From positions 2,132 to 66,131 of the forward strand of contig CAVXHU010000043.1 in NCBI GenBank assembly GCA_963761395.1: a DNA stretch of 64,000 bases, written 5' to 3'. The notes below the pieces were generated by a model. That model searched no databases, was not told where the DNA came from, and saw only the letters and a list, made by a program, of their open reading frames with translations. Both the position numbers and the translations under genes were made by a program. Position 1 is the stretch's first letter. Each line of letters starts with the position of its first letter. Below, piece by piece: positions 42,673 to 53,182 of this stretch. The DNA comes from an uncultured Alphaproteobacteria bacterium. Lineage in GTDB: Bacteria; Pseudomonadota; Alphaproteobacteria; Rhizobiales; Xanthobacteraceae.

Positions 42673-44367
42673 TTGAGCGAAGAAGCGGATAGCTATGTTT
42701 GCGGCGTCGCCGATGCGCCGCTGCTGGGCGATACCATCGGGCGCAGTCTCGATCAGGCAGCCCGGCGCTGGGCCGAACGCGAAGCGCTGGTTTCGCCGAG
42801 CCACGGCGTCAGGTGGACCTGGAAGGAATTGACGGAGCGGGTCGACGCGCTGGCCGCCGGCTTTCTCGCGCTCGGCCTCGAACGCGGCGCACGGATCGGC
42901 GTCTGGTCGCTGAACCGGCCGGAATGGACGCTGACGCAATTCGCCGCCGCCAAGGCCGGGCTCATTCTCGTCACCATCAATCCTGCCTATCGCCTGAGCG
43001 AGCTCGAATTCGCGCTCGCCAAGGTCGGATGCACCGCGCTCGTCACCGCGACGGCGTTCAAAACCAGCAACTACATGGAGATGCTCAACACGCTAATGCC
43101 TGAGCTGGTGAAGGCGCAACCGGGCGAGCTACATGCGGCGCGGTTGCCGCATTTGCGCGCGGTGATCCAGATCGGCGGTCCGGCCTGTCCCGGCACGATT
43201 CCGTTCGAAGACGTGACGGGGATGGGTGGCACGCGCCACCGGGACGCGCTCGCGGCGCTCGCCGGGACCTTGCAGTTCGACGATCCCGTCAACATCCAGT
43301 TTACCAGCGGCACCACCGGATCGCCGAAGGGCGTCACGCTGACGCATCATAACATTCTCAACAACGGCTATTTCGTCGGACGTGCGATGCGCCTGACCGA
43401 AAGCGACCGCATCTGCATTCCGGTTCCGCTCTATCACTGCTTCGGCATGGTGATGGGCAATCTTGCTTCCGTCACCTCGGGCGCCACGATGGTCTATCCC
43501 GGCGAAGGCTTCGATCCCCTGGCGACGCTGCAGACCATCGAGCGGGAAAGATGCACGACCCTCTACGGCGTCCCGACCATGTTCATCGCCGAACTCGACC
43601 ATCCCGAATTCGCCAGATTCGATCTGTCGTCGCTGCGAACCGGCATCATGGCTGGCGCGCCCTGCCCGATCGAGGTGATGCGACGCGTCAACGAACAGAT
43701 GAACATGCGCGACGTAACCATCGCCTACGGGATGACCGAAACCAGCCCGGTCAGTTTTCAAAGCGCCATGGACGACCCGCTGGAGCGCCGGGTGTCGACC
43801 GTCGGGCGCATTCACCCGCATGTCGAGGTCAAGGTTATCGATCTTGAGGGCCGCGTCGTACCGCGCGGCGAACGGGGCGAATTGTGCACCCGCGGCTACA
43901 GCGTCATGCTGGGCTATTGGGACGAACCCGAAAAGACCGCCGATGTGCTCGATGCCAACGGCTGGATGCACACCGGCGATATCGCCATCATCGATCAGGC
44001 GGGCTACTGCAACATCGTCGGCCGCATCAAGGACATGGTGATCCGCGGCGGTGAAAACCTCTATCCGCGCGAGATCGAGGAATTTCTCTATCGCCATCCG
44101 AAGATTCTGGACGTGCAGATTTTCGGCGTCGCCGACGATCGCTACGGCGAAGAGCTCTGCGCCTGGATCCGGCCGCGGTCCGGCGAGACGCTGACGGCCG
44201 ATGAGGTCCGCAGCTTCTGCCAGGGCCAGATCGCCCACAACAAGGTCCCGCGCTACATCGAATTCGTCGACGAATTTCCGATGACCGTCACCGGCAAGAT
44301 CCAGAAATTCGTGATGCGCGACGCGGTCGAGGCGCGGCTCGGGCTCAAGGCGGCCAAGACGGCGTGA
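42673..44367 (+). CDS. AMP-binding acyl-CoA synthetase (FACL-like)
   Basis: [40 protein letters not shown]; TTG start with GGAG RBS. Confidence 0.93.
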   Translation: MSEEADSYVCGVADAPLLGDTIGRSLDQAARRWAEREALVSPSHGVRWTWKELTERVDALAAGFLALGLERGARIGVWSLNRPEWTLTQFAAAKAGLILVTINPAYRLSELEFALAKVGCTALVTATAFKTSNYMEMLNTLMPELVKAQPGELHAARLPHLRAVIQIGGPACPGTIPFEDVTGMGGTRHRDALAALAGTLQFDDPVNIQFTSGTTGSPKGVTLTHHNILNNGYFVGRAMRLTESDRICIPVPLYHCFGMVMGNLASVTSGATMVYPGEGFDPLATLQTIERERCTTLYGVPTMFIAELDHPEFARFDLSSLRTGIMAGAPCPIEVMRRVNEQMNMRDVTIAYGMTETSPVSFQSAMDDPLERRVSTVGRIHPHVEVKVIDLEGRVVPRGERGELCTRGYSVMLGYWDEPEKTADVLDANGWMHTGDIAIIDQAGYCNIVGRIKDMVIRGGENLYPREIEEFLYRHPKILDVQIFGVADDRYGEELCAWIRPRSGETLTADEVRSFCQGQIAHNKVPRYIEFVDEFPMTVTGKIQKFVMRDAVEARLGLKAAKTA

Positions 44368-44445
44368 TACGCCTGAGTCAACGCACGTCTAACGTTACAC
44401 TTCGTCAGCAAGTGCCAACGGTCGCGTCGCTGAGCGCGGGCCGAA

Positions 44446-44501
44446 GTCATGGCCGGGCAAAAAGCGCGAAGCGCGTCTTCGCGCTTTTGCCCGGGCATGA
44501 C
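44446..44501. repeat. GTCAT-type hairpin element
   Basis: GTCATGGCCGGGCAAAAAGCGCGAAG...CTTCGCGCTTTTGCCCGGGCATGAC. Confidence 0.75.
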
Positions 44502-44514
44502 GGGGTTGGACGGT

Positions 44515-45516
44515 CTACACCGGCAATCCATTCTGCCGCGCCAGTTCCTTCAGCGAGGTCTGCGGCCGCGCGCCGATGTGCTGGATCACTTCGGCCGCGG
44601 CGAGCGCCCCTAACCGTCCGGCATTTTCATGACCGGCGCCGCGCACCAGGCCGAACAGGAAGCCGGCGGCAAACAGGTCGCCGGCGCCTGTCGTGTCTAC
44701 CATTTTGTCGATTGGAAATGCCGGCACGGCGGTGACGCCGTCTTTTGAGACCACGACGCAACCTTTCTCGCTGCGGGTGACGACGCCGAGTTTCGCATCA
44801 ACCCGCAACTGCTTCAGCGCCGCGTCGAAATCCGATGTCTGGTAGAGCGAATGCAATTCCGCCTCGTTGGCGAAAACCAGATCGACGGTGCCGCCCCGCA
44901 TCAGATCGAGAAATTCGCCGCGATAGCGATCGACGCAAAACGAATCCGACAGCGTCAGCGCGACCTGGCGACCGGCGTCGTGCGCAATGGTCGAGGCCTT
45001 GACGAAAGCTTCTTTGGCGCTCTTCGGATCCCACAGATAACCTTCGAGATAGATGACGCTTGATGCCGCGATCTGGGCAGCGTCGATATCGTCGGGCGTC
45101 AGCTCCTGCGCCGCGCCGAGATAGGTGTTCATGGTGCGCTCGCCGTCGGGCGTCACCAGAATGTAGGAGCAGCCGGTGGCGGGGCCGTCCGATGCCGCCC
45201 TGGTTTCGAACGCGACCCCGGCGGCGCGGATGTCATGGATGTACAAGCGTCCGATCTGGTCATCCCTGACCTTGCCGACATAGGCCGCGCGGGCGCCAAG
45301 GTTGGCGACCCCGACAATGGTGTTTGCCGCCGAGCCGCCGGATATCTCCACCGCCGGGCCCATATCCCGGTAGATCGCCGCGGCGCGGGCTTCGTCGATC
45401 AGCGCCATGCCGCCTTTGGTCATGCCGTGCGCGGCGAGAAAGCTCTCGTCGGTCTGCACCAATATGTCGAAAATCGCATTGCCGATCCCGAGAACGTCGT
45501 ATTTCGCTTCTGTCAT
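44515..45516 (-). CDS. PfkB-family carbohydrate/adenosine kinase
   Basis: GGSAANT, ERTMNTYLGA, FANE.E, DTTGAGDLFAAG. Confidence 0.93.
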   Translation of the reverse strand: MTEAKYDVLGIGNAIFDILVQTDESFLAAHGMTKGGMALIDEARAAAIYRDMGPAVEISGGSAANTIVGVANLGARAAYVGKVRDDQIGRLYIHDIRAAGVAFETRAASDGPATGCSYILVTPDGERTMNTYLGAAQELTPDDIDAAQIAASSVIYLEGYLWDPKSAKEAFVKASTIAHDAGRQVALTLSDSFCVDRYRGEFLDLMRGGTVDLVFANEAELHSLYQTSDFDAALKQLRVDAKLGVVTRSEKGCVVVSKDGVTAVPAFPIDKMVDTTGAGDLFAAGFLFGLVRGAGHENAGRLGALAAAEVIQHIGARPQTSLKELARQNGLPV

Positions 45517-45639
45517 GCATCAGTCCTGTTGCGGCGATTGCGACGGCGCGGAAAATCCGCTCCAAGTCGGTTTGGTCGGGGTGCAGCGGCCTATCACGAT
45601 CAACCCTGCGCCAGCAAGCGACGCGGTATAGATGCCTTC

Positions 45640-47202
45640 ATGATCCGTTCCTTCCTCACCGTTTCCGTTGGCACGCTTGGCTCGCGGCTGCTCGGATTCG
45701 CGCGCGACGCCATGATTGCGGCGCTGCTCGGCACCGGCCCGGTCGCGGACGCATTCCTGGTGGCGTTTCAGCTGGTCAATGTGGTCAGGCGGTTGTTGAC
45801 CGAGGGCGCGTTGAACGCGGCATTGGTGCCGGCCTGGCTGCGCGTGCGCGAAACCGAAGGCGCGGTCGCGGCGGCCGCATTCGCAGGGACCGTGCTCGGC
45901 ACCGTCAGCGCCGCCTTGATCGTGGCGGCAACATTGATCGGCCTGCTGATGCCGTTCGTCATTACCGCGCTCGCGCCGGGCTTTGCCGGACACCCGACGC
46001 TGCAACTCGCCGTCGACGATGCCCGCCTGATGCTGCCTTATCTCGCCTTCGCAGGTCCCGTCACGGTGATGATGGCGCTATTGAGCGCGCAAGGCCGCTT
46101 CGCGCTGACGGCCTTCTCGCCGCTGCTGTTCAACGTCGCGCTGATCGCCGTGATGATCGCGCTGCTCGGCTGGCGGCAGGATGCGGCTTATGCCGCGCTG
46201 CTATTGGCCGCCACGGTGGGCGTTGCCGGGCTCCTGCAATTGCTGATCCTGCTATTGCGCCGTGGCGGCGGCAGCATCGCAACGCCGCTGCGGATTTCGT
46301 TCGGCGCCGACATGCGCGGCTTTTTCGGCCAGGCGATCCCCGGCATGATCGCCAGCAGCGGGCCGCAATTGCTTGTCGTCGGCGGCGCCGTGATCGCCTC
46401 GGCGTCGCCATCGGCGGTGTCGTGGCTGTACTTCGCCAACCGCCTGATCGAACTGCCGCTCGGCATTGTCGGCGTCGCCATGGGCACCGTGCTGGTGCCC
46501 GAACTGACGCGCGCGCTGCGCGGCGATGACCGCAATGCCGTCGCGCATGCCGAGTCGCGCGGCCTCGAACTCGCGGTCGGATTGGCTTTGCCGGCGACGC
46601 TGGGATTGATCGTGCTCAGCGAGCCTGTGGTGCGGATGCTGTTCGAACATGGCGTGTTCACCGCATCCGATACCGCGGCCACCGCGCAGGCGCTGATGTG
46701 GCTTGCGCTCGGCCTGCCCGCGCACGTGCTGGTCAAGGCGCTGTCGCCGGCATTCTTCGCGCGCAACGATACGCTGACGCCGCTTTGGGCGACGCTCAAG
46801 GGATTCGCGGTGGCGATCGTTTTGGCCGTGGTGCTCGGTCAGATATTCGGCGCGAGCGGAATCGCCGCCAGCATCGCGTTGGGGGCCTGGAGCAGCGCGC
46901 TTACGTTGATCCGGCGCGGTGCTTCGATATCAGGATTTTCGATCGATGCCGCGGCGCGCCGGCGGCTGCCGCGCATTGTGGTGGCCGCGCTGGCGATGGG
47001 CGGGCTCCTGTGGCTGATGGCGAGGTTCGTGCTGCCGCTGACCGCGACCGCGCATGGCATCGCGCAGGCCGTCGTTGTGCTGATGCTGATATCGGGCGGA
47101 ATCGCGATTTACGGCCTGCTTCTGGCCCTGTTCGGCGTGATCCGGTGGGGCGAGGCGGTTAGCGCGATCCGCCAAACCACGGCCTCCGACTTGCGCGACT
47201 GA
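45640..47202 (+). CDS. murJ: Lipid II flippase MurJ (MviN)
   Basis: SRLLGFARD, ADAF..AF, EGA.NAA.VP, ANRL.ELPLG, PAFFAR.DT. Confidence 0.93.
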   Translation: MIRSFLTVSVGTLGSRLLGFARDAMIAALLGTGPVADAFLVAFQLVNVVRRLLTEGALNAALVPAWLRVRETEGAVAAAAFAGTVLGTVSAALIVAATLIGLLMPFVITALAPGFAGHPTLQLAVDDARLMLPYLAFAGPVTVMMALLSAQGRFALTAFSPLLFNVALIAVMIALLGWRQDAAYAALLLAATVGVAGLLQLLILLLRRGGGSIATPLRISFGADMRGFFGQAIPGMIASSGPQLLVVGGAVIASASPSAVSWLYFANRLIELPLGIVGVAMGTVLVPELTRALRGDDRNAVAHAESRGLELAVGLALPATLGLIVLSEPVVRMLFEHGVFTASDTAATAQALMWLALGLPAHVLVKALSPAFFARNDTLTPLWATLKGFAVAIVLAVVLGQIFGASGIAASIALGAWSSALTLIRRGASISGFSIDAAARRRLPRIVVAALAMGGLLWLMARFVLPLTATAHGIAQAVVVLMLISGGIAIYGLLLALFGVIRWGEAVSAIRQTTASDLRD

Positions 47203-47210
47203 TGCCCGCG

Positions 47211-47260
47211 TGGCAATGGACGGCGCGTGGCGCCATTGGCAATGGACGGCGCATAGCGCC
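47211..47260 (+). repeat. 26-bp imperfect tandem duplication upstream of trpS
   Basis: TGGCAATGGACGGCGCGTGGCGCCAT / TGGCAATGGACGGCGCATAGCGCC. Confidence 0.75.
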
Positions 47261-47305
47261 TGATGACAGTTGAGGGGCGCGAAGCAGCAGGCGTGAGAAC
47301 TGACA

Positions 47306-48358
47306 ATGGCGATCGTTGAACGGGTTTTTTCAGGCGTCCAGCCGACCGGCAATCTGCATCTCGGCAATTACCTCGGCGCGATCGTCAATTTCGTCAAGCT
47401 GCAGGAAACCCATAACTGCCTCTATTGCGTGGTCGACATGCACGCGCTGACGCAGCCGGTGTCGGTCTGGGGCGGTCCGGCCGAGCTCGCGCGCAATACC
47501 AGGGAAGTGACCGCGGCCTTCATCGCCTCTGGCATCGATCCGAAAAAACACATCGTCTTCAACCAGAGCCAGGTCTCCGGACACGCGGAACTGGCGTGGA
47601 TATTCAACTGCGTGGCGCGGGTCGGCTGGCTCAACCGCATGACGCAGTTCAAGGAAAAGGCCGGCAAGGACCGCGAGAACGCTTCGGTGGGCCTCTACGA
47701 CTATCCGGTCTTGATGGCGGCCGACATTCTGCTCTATCGCGCCACCCATGTGCCGGTCGGCGAGGACCAGAAACAGCACCTCGAGCTGTCCCGCGATATC
47801 GCCCAGAAATTCAACAATGATTTCGGCAACTCGATCCGCGGCCACGGTTTCAACGACGGATTGTTTTTTCCTCAGCCCGAACCCCTGATCACCGGTCCCG
47901 CAACCCGGGTGATGTCGCTGCGCGACGGCACCAAGAAAATGTCGAAGTCCGATTCGTCCGACAATTCGCGGATCAACCTCACCGACGATGCCGACACCAT
48001 CGCGCAGAAGATCCGCAAGGCGAAGACCGATCCGGAACCGTTGCCGTCCGAGGAAAAGGGTCTCGAGACGCGCCCCGAGGCCGACAATCTGGTCGGGATT
48101 TACGCCGCGCTGTCAGGCCGCACCAAGTCCGACGTGCTCGGCGAATTTGGCGGCGGCCAGTTTTCGAACTTCAAGAATGCGCTGGTCGAACTCTGCGTCG
48201 CAAAACTGTCGCCGATCGCCGCCGAAATGAAACGGCTGGTCGCCGACCCCGGCCATGTCGATTCGATTTTGATCGACGGCGCCGACCGCGCCCGCGCCAT
48301 CGCCGCCGAGACCATGAAGGCGACGAAGGACATCGTCGGTTTCGTCCGCAAGAACTAG
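47306..48358 (+). CDS. trpS: Tryptophan--tRNA ligase
   Basis: [35 protein letters not shown]. Confidence 0.98.
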   Translation: MAIVERVFSGVQPTGNLHLGNYLGAIVNFVKLQETHNCLYCVVDMHALTQPVSVWGGPAELARNTREVTAAFIASGIDPKKHIVFNQSQVSGHAELAWIFNCVARVGWLNRMTQFKEKAGKDRENASVGLYDYPVLMAADILLYRATHVPVGEDQKQHLELSRDIAQKFNNDFGNSIRGHGFNDGLFFPQPEPLITGPATRVMSLRDGTKKMSKSDSSDNSRINLTDDADTIAQKIRKAKTDPEPLPSEEKGLETRPEADNLVGIYAALSGRTKSDVLGEFGGGQFSNFKNALVELCVAKLSPIAAEMKRLVADPGHVDSILIDGADRARAIAAETMKATKDIVGFVRKN

Positions 48359-48395
48359 CTTTCCTTCCCTTCGCCATAATTTGACGCAGCGCACT

Positions 48396-48453
48396 CTAGT
48401 GCTTGCGCGTATTCTGATCGCAAAACCGGTATCCACTTTTGCGGAATACGCGC
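48396..48453 (-). repeat. AAGTGG-ACCGGTT family palindromic element
   Basis: Minus strand GCGCGTATTCCGCAAAAGTGGATACCGGTTTTGCGATCAGAATACGCGC. Confidence 0.8.
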
Positions 48454-48527
48454 CGGCGTTGCCGCTTGTCGAGGACGGCTGCGCCGTGGCAGCATGCGGC
48501 CTGCCTGGCGCAAGCATCGGGACATGC

Positions 48528-49022
48528 ATGACCACCCAGCGACGAAGCTACGAGACGGGTCACAAGCCAAAATGTCTGGTGATCGTTGACGACAGTGCGG
48601 AATGGGACCGCGCGGTCTACTACGCCAGCCGCTGGGCGATCCGCGTCGACGGCGGCGTGGTGATGCTGCGCATCATCGAGACCGAAGATCAGAACCAGCA
48701 GTGGCTCGGGGTCGCCGACATCATGCGCGCCGAGGCGCATGAGGACGCCAACGCCGCGCTCGATCGTGCGGCCGGCCGCGCCAATGGCATCGCCGCGATC
48801 ACGCCGGAGCGGGTGATCCGCGAGGGCGACCCGACCGACCAGATCCTCGACGTCATCGACAAGGACGTCGATATCGCGATGCTGGTGCTGGCCGCCAATC
48901 CGGGGCCGGAAGGCCCCGGCCCCATCATCACCACAATGGCCAAGACGGTCGGCGCGTTCCCGATCCCCGTGACCATCGTGCCCGGCGGTTTGAGCGATGA
49001 GGACATCGACGCGCTGTCGTAA
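48528..49022 (+). CDS. Universal stress protein
   Basis: LVIVDDS.E, IREGDP, PGP........G.FPIPVTIVP; conserved trpS-usp-nfuA order. Confidence 0.9.
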   Translation: MTTQRRSYETGHKPKCLVIVDDSAEWDRAVYYASRWAIRVDGGVVMLRIIETEDQNQQWLGVADIMRAEAHEDANAALDRAAGRANGIAAITPERVIREGDPTDQILDVIDKDVDIAMLVLAANPGPEGPGPIITTMAKTVGAFPIPVTIVPGGLSDEDIDALS

Positions 49023-49060
49023 GCCACCGAGTTCCCAATCATCGGGGTTTTATCTCTTAT

Positions 49061-49136
49061 TTTGACGCGTTTTCTTCACGCGAACCGGTCCCCACCCCGG
49101 ATCGCGTCCGGGGCAGGCTTTCGCTTGAAAACACTA
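49061..49136 (-). repeat. AAGTGG-ACCGGTT family element with an extra internal hairpin
   Basis: Minus strand AGTGTTTTCAAGCGAAAG..CCCGGACGCGATCCGGG..GTGGGGACCGGTTCGCGTGAAGAAAACGCG. Confidence 0.7.
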
Positions 49137-49228
49137 TGTTTTCTGCGCCCCTTGACCGTGCGTTTGCCGTCGCCATCTGCTAAGGAGAGCCACGCGCCGG
49201 CCTTGAACCGGCGACGCCGGAGAAAACC

Positions 49229-49798
49229 ATGTTCATTCAGACCGAAGCCACACCCAATCCCGCCACCCTGAAATTCATTCCCGGCCGCGCCGTGCTCGAC
49301 AGCGGCACCATGGAATTCGTCAATCGCGAGGCAGCAGTGCGCTCGCCGCTGGCCGAGAAACTGTTCGACGTGCCCGGCGTCACCAGCGTGTTTTACGGCT
49401 CCGACTTCGTCACCGTGACCAAGGACGACAGCGACTGGCAGCATCTCAAGCCGGCGATCCTCGGCGCCATCATGGAGTACTACATGTCCGGCGCGCCGCT
49501 GCTGGCCGACGGCAGCGCCGCAAGCGACGAGGCCGCCGACGAGGGCGACGAGTTCTTCAACGAGGCCGACGCCGAGACGGTTGCGACCATCAAGGACCTG
49601 ATCGAAACCAGGGTGCGCCCGGCGGTCGCCGGCGACGGCGGCGACATCACCTTCCGCGGCTTCAAGGACGGCATCGTCTATCTCAACATGAAGGGCTCCT
49701 GTTCGGGCTGCCCGTCATCCACCGCAACCCTGCAGCACGGTATCCAGAACCTGCTGAAGCATTTCGTGCCCGACGTGGTCGAAGTCCGGCCGGTGTGA
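49229..49798 (+). CDS. NifU/NfuA-type Fe-S scaffold
   Basis: MFIQTEATPNP.TLKF, VRPAV..DGGD, GSCSGCPSS. Confidence 0.95.
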   Translation: MFIQTEATPNPATLKFIPGRAVLDSGTMEFVNREAAVRSPLAEKLFDVPGVTSVFYGSDFVTVTKDDSDWQHLKPAILGAIMEYYMSGAPLLADGSAASDEAADEGDEFFNEADAETVATIKDLIETRVRPAVAGDGGDITFRGFKDGIVYLNMKGSCSGCPSSTATLQHGIQNLLKHFVPDVVEVRPV

Positions 49799-49809
49799 TT
49801 TTGGGAGCA

Positions 49810-49885
49810 GCGAATAGTGAGTAGCGAATGGCGAATGGCGGTTTCGACTGACTGTCTATTCGCTATTCGCCACTCGCTATTCGCC
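49810..49885. repeat. Inverted arrays of 7-bp tandem repeats
   Basis: GCGAATA-GTGAGTA-GCGAATG-GCGAATG, short spacer, CTATTCG-CTATTCG-CCACTCG-CTATTCG. Confidence 0.85.
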
Positions 49886-49893
49886 CGCCCCCG

Positions 49894-50592
49894 ATGCTGA
49901 TCCTTGCCATCGATACCGCCCTCGATGCCTGCGCCGCAGGCGTTCTCGACACCGGCGCCGGCAAGTTGATTGCCCAGGAATTGCAGGCGATGAAGCGCGG
50001 TCATGCCGAAGCCTTGATGCCGCTGATCGCGCGCGTCATCAAGGAGTCCGGCATCGCGTTTTCTTCCCTGGACCGCATCGCGGTGACCACCGGCCCCGGC
50101 AGTTTTACCGGGCTGCGGGTCGGCCTTTCCGCCGCGCGCGGCATTGCGCTCGCCGCCAACAAGCCGGTGGTCGGGCTCACCACGCTGACGGCCTATGCCG
50201 CGCCCGTGGTCAGCCAGAACGCCGAACAACCGGTGATATCCGCCATCGATGCGCGGCATGACCAGGTGTATTTTCAGGTGGTCAGCGGCGATGGCAGTTC
50301 GTTGATGCGGCCGCGCGTCGCACCGATCGAGGAGGCGCTCGGCGCATCGCGGTTCGGCGCGCCGCACCTGGTCGGCAACGCCGCCAACATTCTCGCCGAG
50401 CGCTGGCCGGCGCACGCGCCGCCGCCTTTCAAGGTCGATGCGCAATCAGCGCCGGATATTGCCTGGGTGGCGTGGCTCGGGGCCGCGGTCAGCCCGAACA
50501 CCGCGCCGGCCCGCCCGTTTTATCTGCGCGCGCCCGACGCCAAACTGCCGAAGGACCCGCTGCAGAAAACCTCGCAGCCGTCAGCGTCATGA
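49894..50592 (+). CDS. tsaB: tRNA threonylcarbamoyladenosine biosynthesis protein TsaB
   Basis: LAIDT, HAE.L.P, GPGSFTGLRVG, IDAR. Confidence 0.95.
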   Translation: MLILAIDTALDACAAGVLDTGAGKLIAQELQAMKRGHAEALMPLIARVIKESGIAFSSLDRIAVTTGPGSFTGLRVGLSAARGIALAANKPVVGLTTLTAYAAPVVSQNAEQPVISAIDARHDQVYFQVVSGDGSSLMRPRVAPIEEALGASRFGAPHLVGNAANILAERWPAHAPPPFKVDAQSAPDIAWVAWLGAAVSPNTAPARPFYLRAPDAKLPKDPLQKTSQPSAS

Positions 50593-51074
50593 TGGCGTGG
50601 CTCTCCGAACTGTGGAGCGGTGGCGCGGCGGCGATCGAACCCGCGACCCTGCGCGATGCGGCTCGTTTGGCGCAATTGCATGGCGCATCGTTTCATCGCG
50701 GCTGGGGTGAAGGCGAATTCGAGGCCATGCTGGCCGAGCGCAACACGCTGGTTCACCGCCTGAGGATCGGCCGGAAGACGATCGGCTTCGCGGTGTCGCG
50801 CCTGGCGGCAGACGAGGCCGAAATACTTTCGATCGCGGTGGCCTTCAGCCATCGCGGCCGCGGCCTGTCCCGCAATCTGCTGCTGACGCATCTCGGCCAT
50901 CTCGCCGGCCGTGGCGTGCGTACCGTGTTCCTCGAGGTCGAGGAAAATAATCAGCCGGCGCGGCGGCTTTACGACCGCGCCGGATTTACCGTCGCCGGGC
51001 GCCGCGAACGCTATTACCGGCAGGCGAGCGGGGAACAATTGAACGCGCTTCTGATGCGCCGCGACTTGTCGTAA
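50589..51074 (+). CDS. rimI: Ribosomal-protein-alanine N-acetyltransferase
   Basis: EAEILSIAV, RGRGL, FLEV...N..A..LY...GF...G.R..YY. Confidence 0.9.
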   Translation: MMAWLSELWSGGAAAIEPATLRDAARLAQLHGASFHRGWGEGEFEAMLAERNTLVHRLRIGRKTIGFAVSRLAADEAEILSIAVAFSHRGRGLSRNLLLTHLGHLAGRGVRTVFLEVEENNQPARRLYDRAGFTVAGRRERYYRQASGEQLNALLMRRDLS

Positions 51075-51119
51075 CGCGCGCGTAGTGGCACAACAGACAC
51101 GTTATTCAAGGCGAAAACC

Positions 51120-51569
51120 ATGACCGCACTGAAATCCACGCCCGCGCTCAAGGCCACCGGTATCGAGGCGCGCTGCGCCGCCACCGGGATGCGCATGACC
51201 GACCAGCGCCGCGTCATCGCGCGCGTGCTGGCGGAGGCTTTGGATCATCCCGACGTCGAGGAATTGTATCGCCGCTGCGTCGCCGTCGACGACAAGATCT
51301 CGATCTCGACGGTGTATCGCACCGTCAAGCTGTTCGAGGACGCCGGTATCATCGAACGGCACGACTTTCGCGAGGGCCGCGCGCGCTACGAACAGATGCG
51401 CGACAGCCACCACGACCACTTGATCAATCTGCGCGACGGCAAGGTGATCGAATTCACCAACGAAGAGATCGAAAAGCTGCAGGCCGAAATCGCCCGCAAG
51501 CTGGGCTACAAGCTGGTCGATCACCGGCTCGAACTGTATTGCGTTCCGCTGGACGACGAAAAGTCCTGA
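51120..51569 (+). CDS. fur: Fur-family transcriptional regulator (Fur/Mur)
   Basis: RMT.QR, HP.VEELY, ISTVYRT, HHDHLI. Confidence 0.9.
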   Translation: MTALKSTPALKATGIEARCAATGMRMTDQRRVIARVLAEALDHPDVEELYRRCVAVDDKISISTVYRTVKLFEDAGIIERHDFREGRARYEQMRDSHHDHLINLRDGKVIEFTNEEIEKLQAEIARKLGYKLVDHRLELYCVPLDDEKS

Positions 51570-51579
51570 TAGTCACGTC

Positions 51580-51662
51580 GTCATTCCGGCCCGATGTGCA
51601 ATTGCACAGCGGGGAATCCTTGGATTCCGGGTTCGATGCTGACGCATCGCCCCGGGAATGAC
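51580..51662. repeat. GTCAT-type element (GTCATTCCGG...GGAATGAC subfamily)
   Basis: Terminal inverted repeat; GATGTGCAATTGCAC and GATTCCGGGTTCGATGC shared with 60221-60337. Confidence 0.85.
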
Positions 51663-51759
51663 GATTCATATAGGTTCTCACGCTGGATTTTCCGCGCTTT
51701 AGCCTATATTTGAACCCCATGCCGGCATGGCGCCGTCTCACACACAGCATTCAGGTTCC

Positions 51760-53178
51760 ATGAACCCGCCGCGCAAGCTGCATATCAAGTCATATGGTTG
51801 TCAGATGAATGTCTACGATGCGCAACGCATGGTGGACACGCTGGCACCGGAAGGCTTTGTCGAGACCGCCAGCGTGGATGACGCGGATCTGGTGATTCTC
51901 AACACCTGCCACATCCGCGAAAAGGCCTCCGAGAAGGTTTACTCGGAGCTCGGGCGCCTGCGCGTCGTCAAGGACGAAGCCGCGCGCAATGGCCGCCACA
52001 TGAGCATCGCGGTCGCCGGCTGCGTCGCGCAGGCCGAGGGCCAGGAGATCATCCGCCGCGCGCCGGTGGTCGATGTCGTGGTCGGTCCGCAAAGTTACCA
52101 TCATCTGCCGCAACTGCTGGCGCATGCCAAGCGCCACGGCCGTGCGCTGGAGACCGAATTTCCGGTCGAGGACAAGTTCGGATTCCTGGCCCCGCCGAGG
52201 CCGGATGCAATCCGCGCCCGCGGCATCTCGTCTTTCGTCACGGTGCAGGAAGGCTGCGATAAATTCTGCACCTTCTGCGTGGTGCCGTACACGCGCGGCA
52301 CCGAGGTGTCGCGGCCCGTTGCAAAGATCGTCGACGACGTGCTCCGGCTCGCCGACAATGGCGTGCGCGAGATCACCTTGATCGGACAGAACGTCAACGC
52401 CTATCACGGCGAGGGACCGGACGGACGGATTTGGTCGCTCGGCACCTTGCTGCAGCGCCTGGCCGAAATTCCCGGCATCGTTCGCTTGCGCTACTCGACC
52501 AGCCATCCCCGCGACGTCGACGACACCCTGATCGCGGCGCATCGCGATTTGCCCGCGCTGATGCCGTTCGTGCACCTTCCGGTACAGTCCGGTTCCGACC
52601 GGATTCTCGCGGCGATGAACCGCAAACATACCGTGGGCGATTACCGCCGCGTCATCGACCGGTTTCGTGCCGCCCGGCAAGATATTGCATTTTCATCGGA
52701 TTTTATCGTTGGCTTCCCCGGCGAGACCGAGGAAGATTTCGCCGCCACCCTCGCACTGGTCACCCAAATCGGATACGCTGGCGCCTATTCGTTCAAGTAT
52801 TCGCCGCGGCCCGGAACGCCGGCGGCGGACATGCGGGAGACGGTTTCAGCGGTTGAGATGGACGAGCGATTGGTGCGGCTCCAGGAATTGATCGACAGCC
52901 AGCAATCGGCCTTCAATGTGGCGACGATTGGCAACACTGTGGATGTGCTGTTCGAACGCGCCGCCCGCAATCCCGGCCAGATCGTCGGCCGCACCGCCTA
53001 TCTGCAGCCGGCGCATGTGATGGCCTCGCCCGATATCATCGGACAAGTGTTGCCGGTGACGATCGAACGCCTCGAGCGCTACAGCCTGCTCGGCGAACTC
53101 GCTGGCCCTCATGCGCGGCCCGCGCAACCTGCTTTTCCTCACACGACCGATTCTTCTCAAACGACGATGGGAGCCTGA
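51760..53178 (+). CDS. miaB: tRNA-2-methylthio-N6-dimethylallyladenosine synthase
   Basis: [26 protein letters not shown] radical SAM motif, YS.RPGTPA. Confidence 0.97.
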   Translation: MNPPRKLHIKSYGCQMNVYDAQRMVDTLAPEGFVETASVDDADLVILNTCHIREKASEKVYSELGRLRVVKDEAARNGRHMSIAVAGCVAQAEGQEIIRRAPVVDVVVGPQSYHHLPQLLAHAKRHGRALETEFPVEDKFGFLAPPRPDAIRARGISSFVTVQEGCDKFCTFCVVPYTRGTEVSRPVAKIVDDVLRLADNGVREITLIGQNVNAYHGEGPDGRIWSLGTLLQRLAEIPGIVRLRYSTSHPRDVDDTLIAAHRDLPALMPFVHLPVQSGSDRILAAMNRKHTVGDYRRVIDRFRAARQDIAFSSDFIVGFPGETEEDFAATLALVTQIGYAGAYSFKYSPRPGTPAADMRETVSAVEMDERLVRLQELIDSQQSAFNVATIGNTVDVLFERAARNPGQIVGRTAYLQPAHVMASPDIIGQVLPVTIERLERYSLLGELAGPHARPAQPAFPHTTDSSQTTMGA

Positions 53179-53182
53179 ACCC

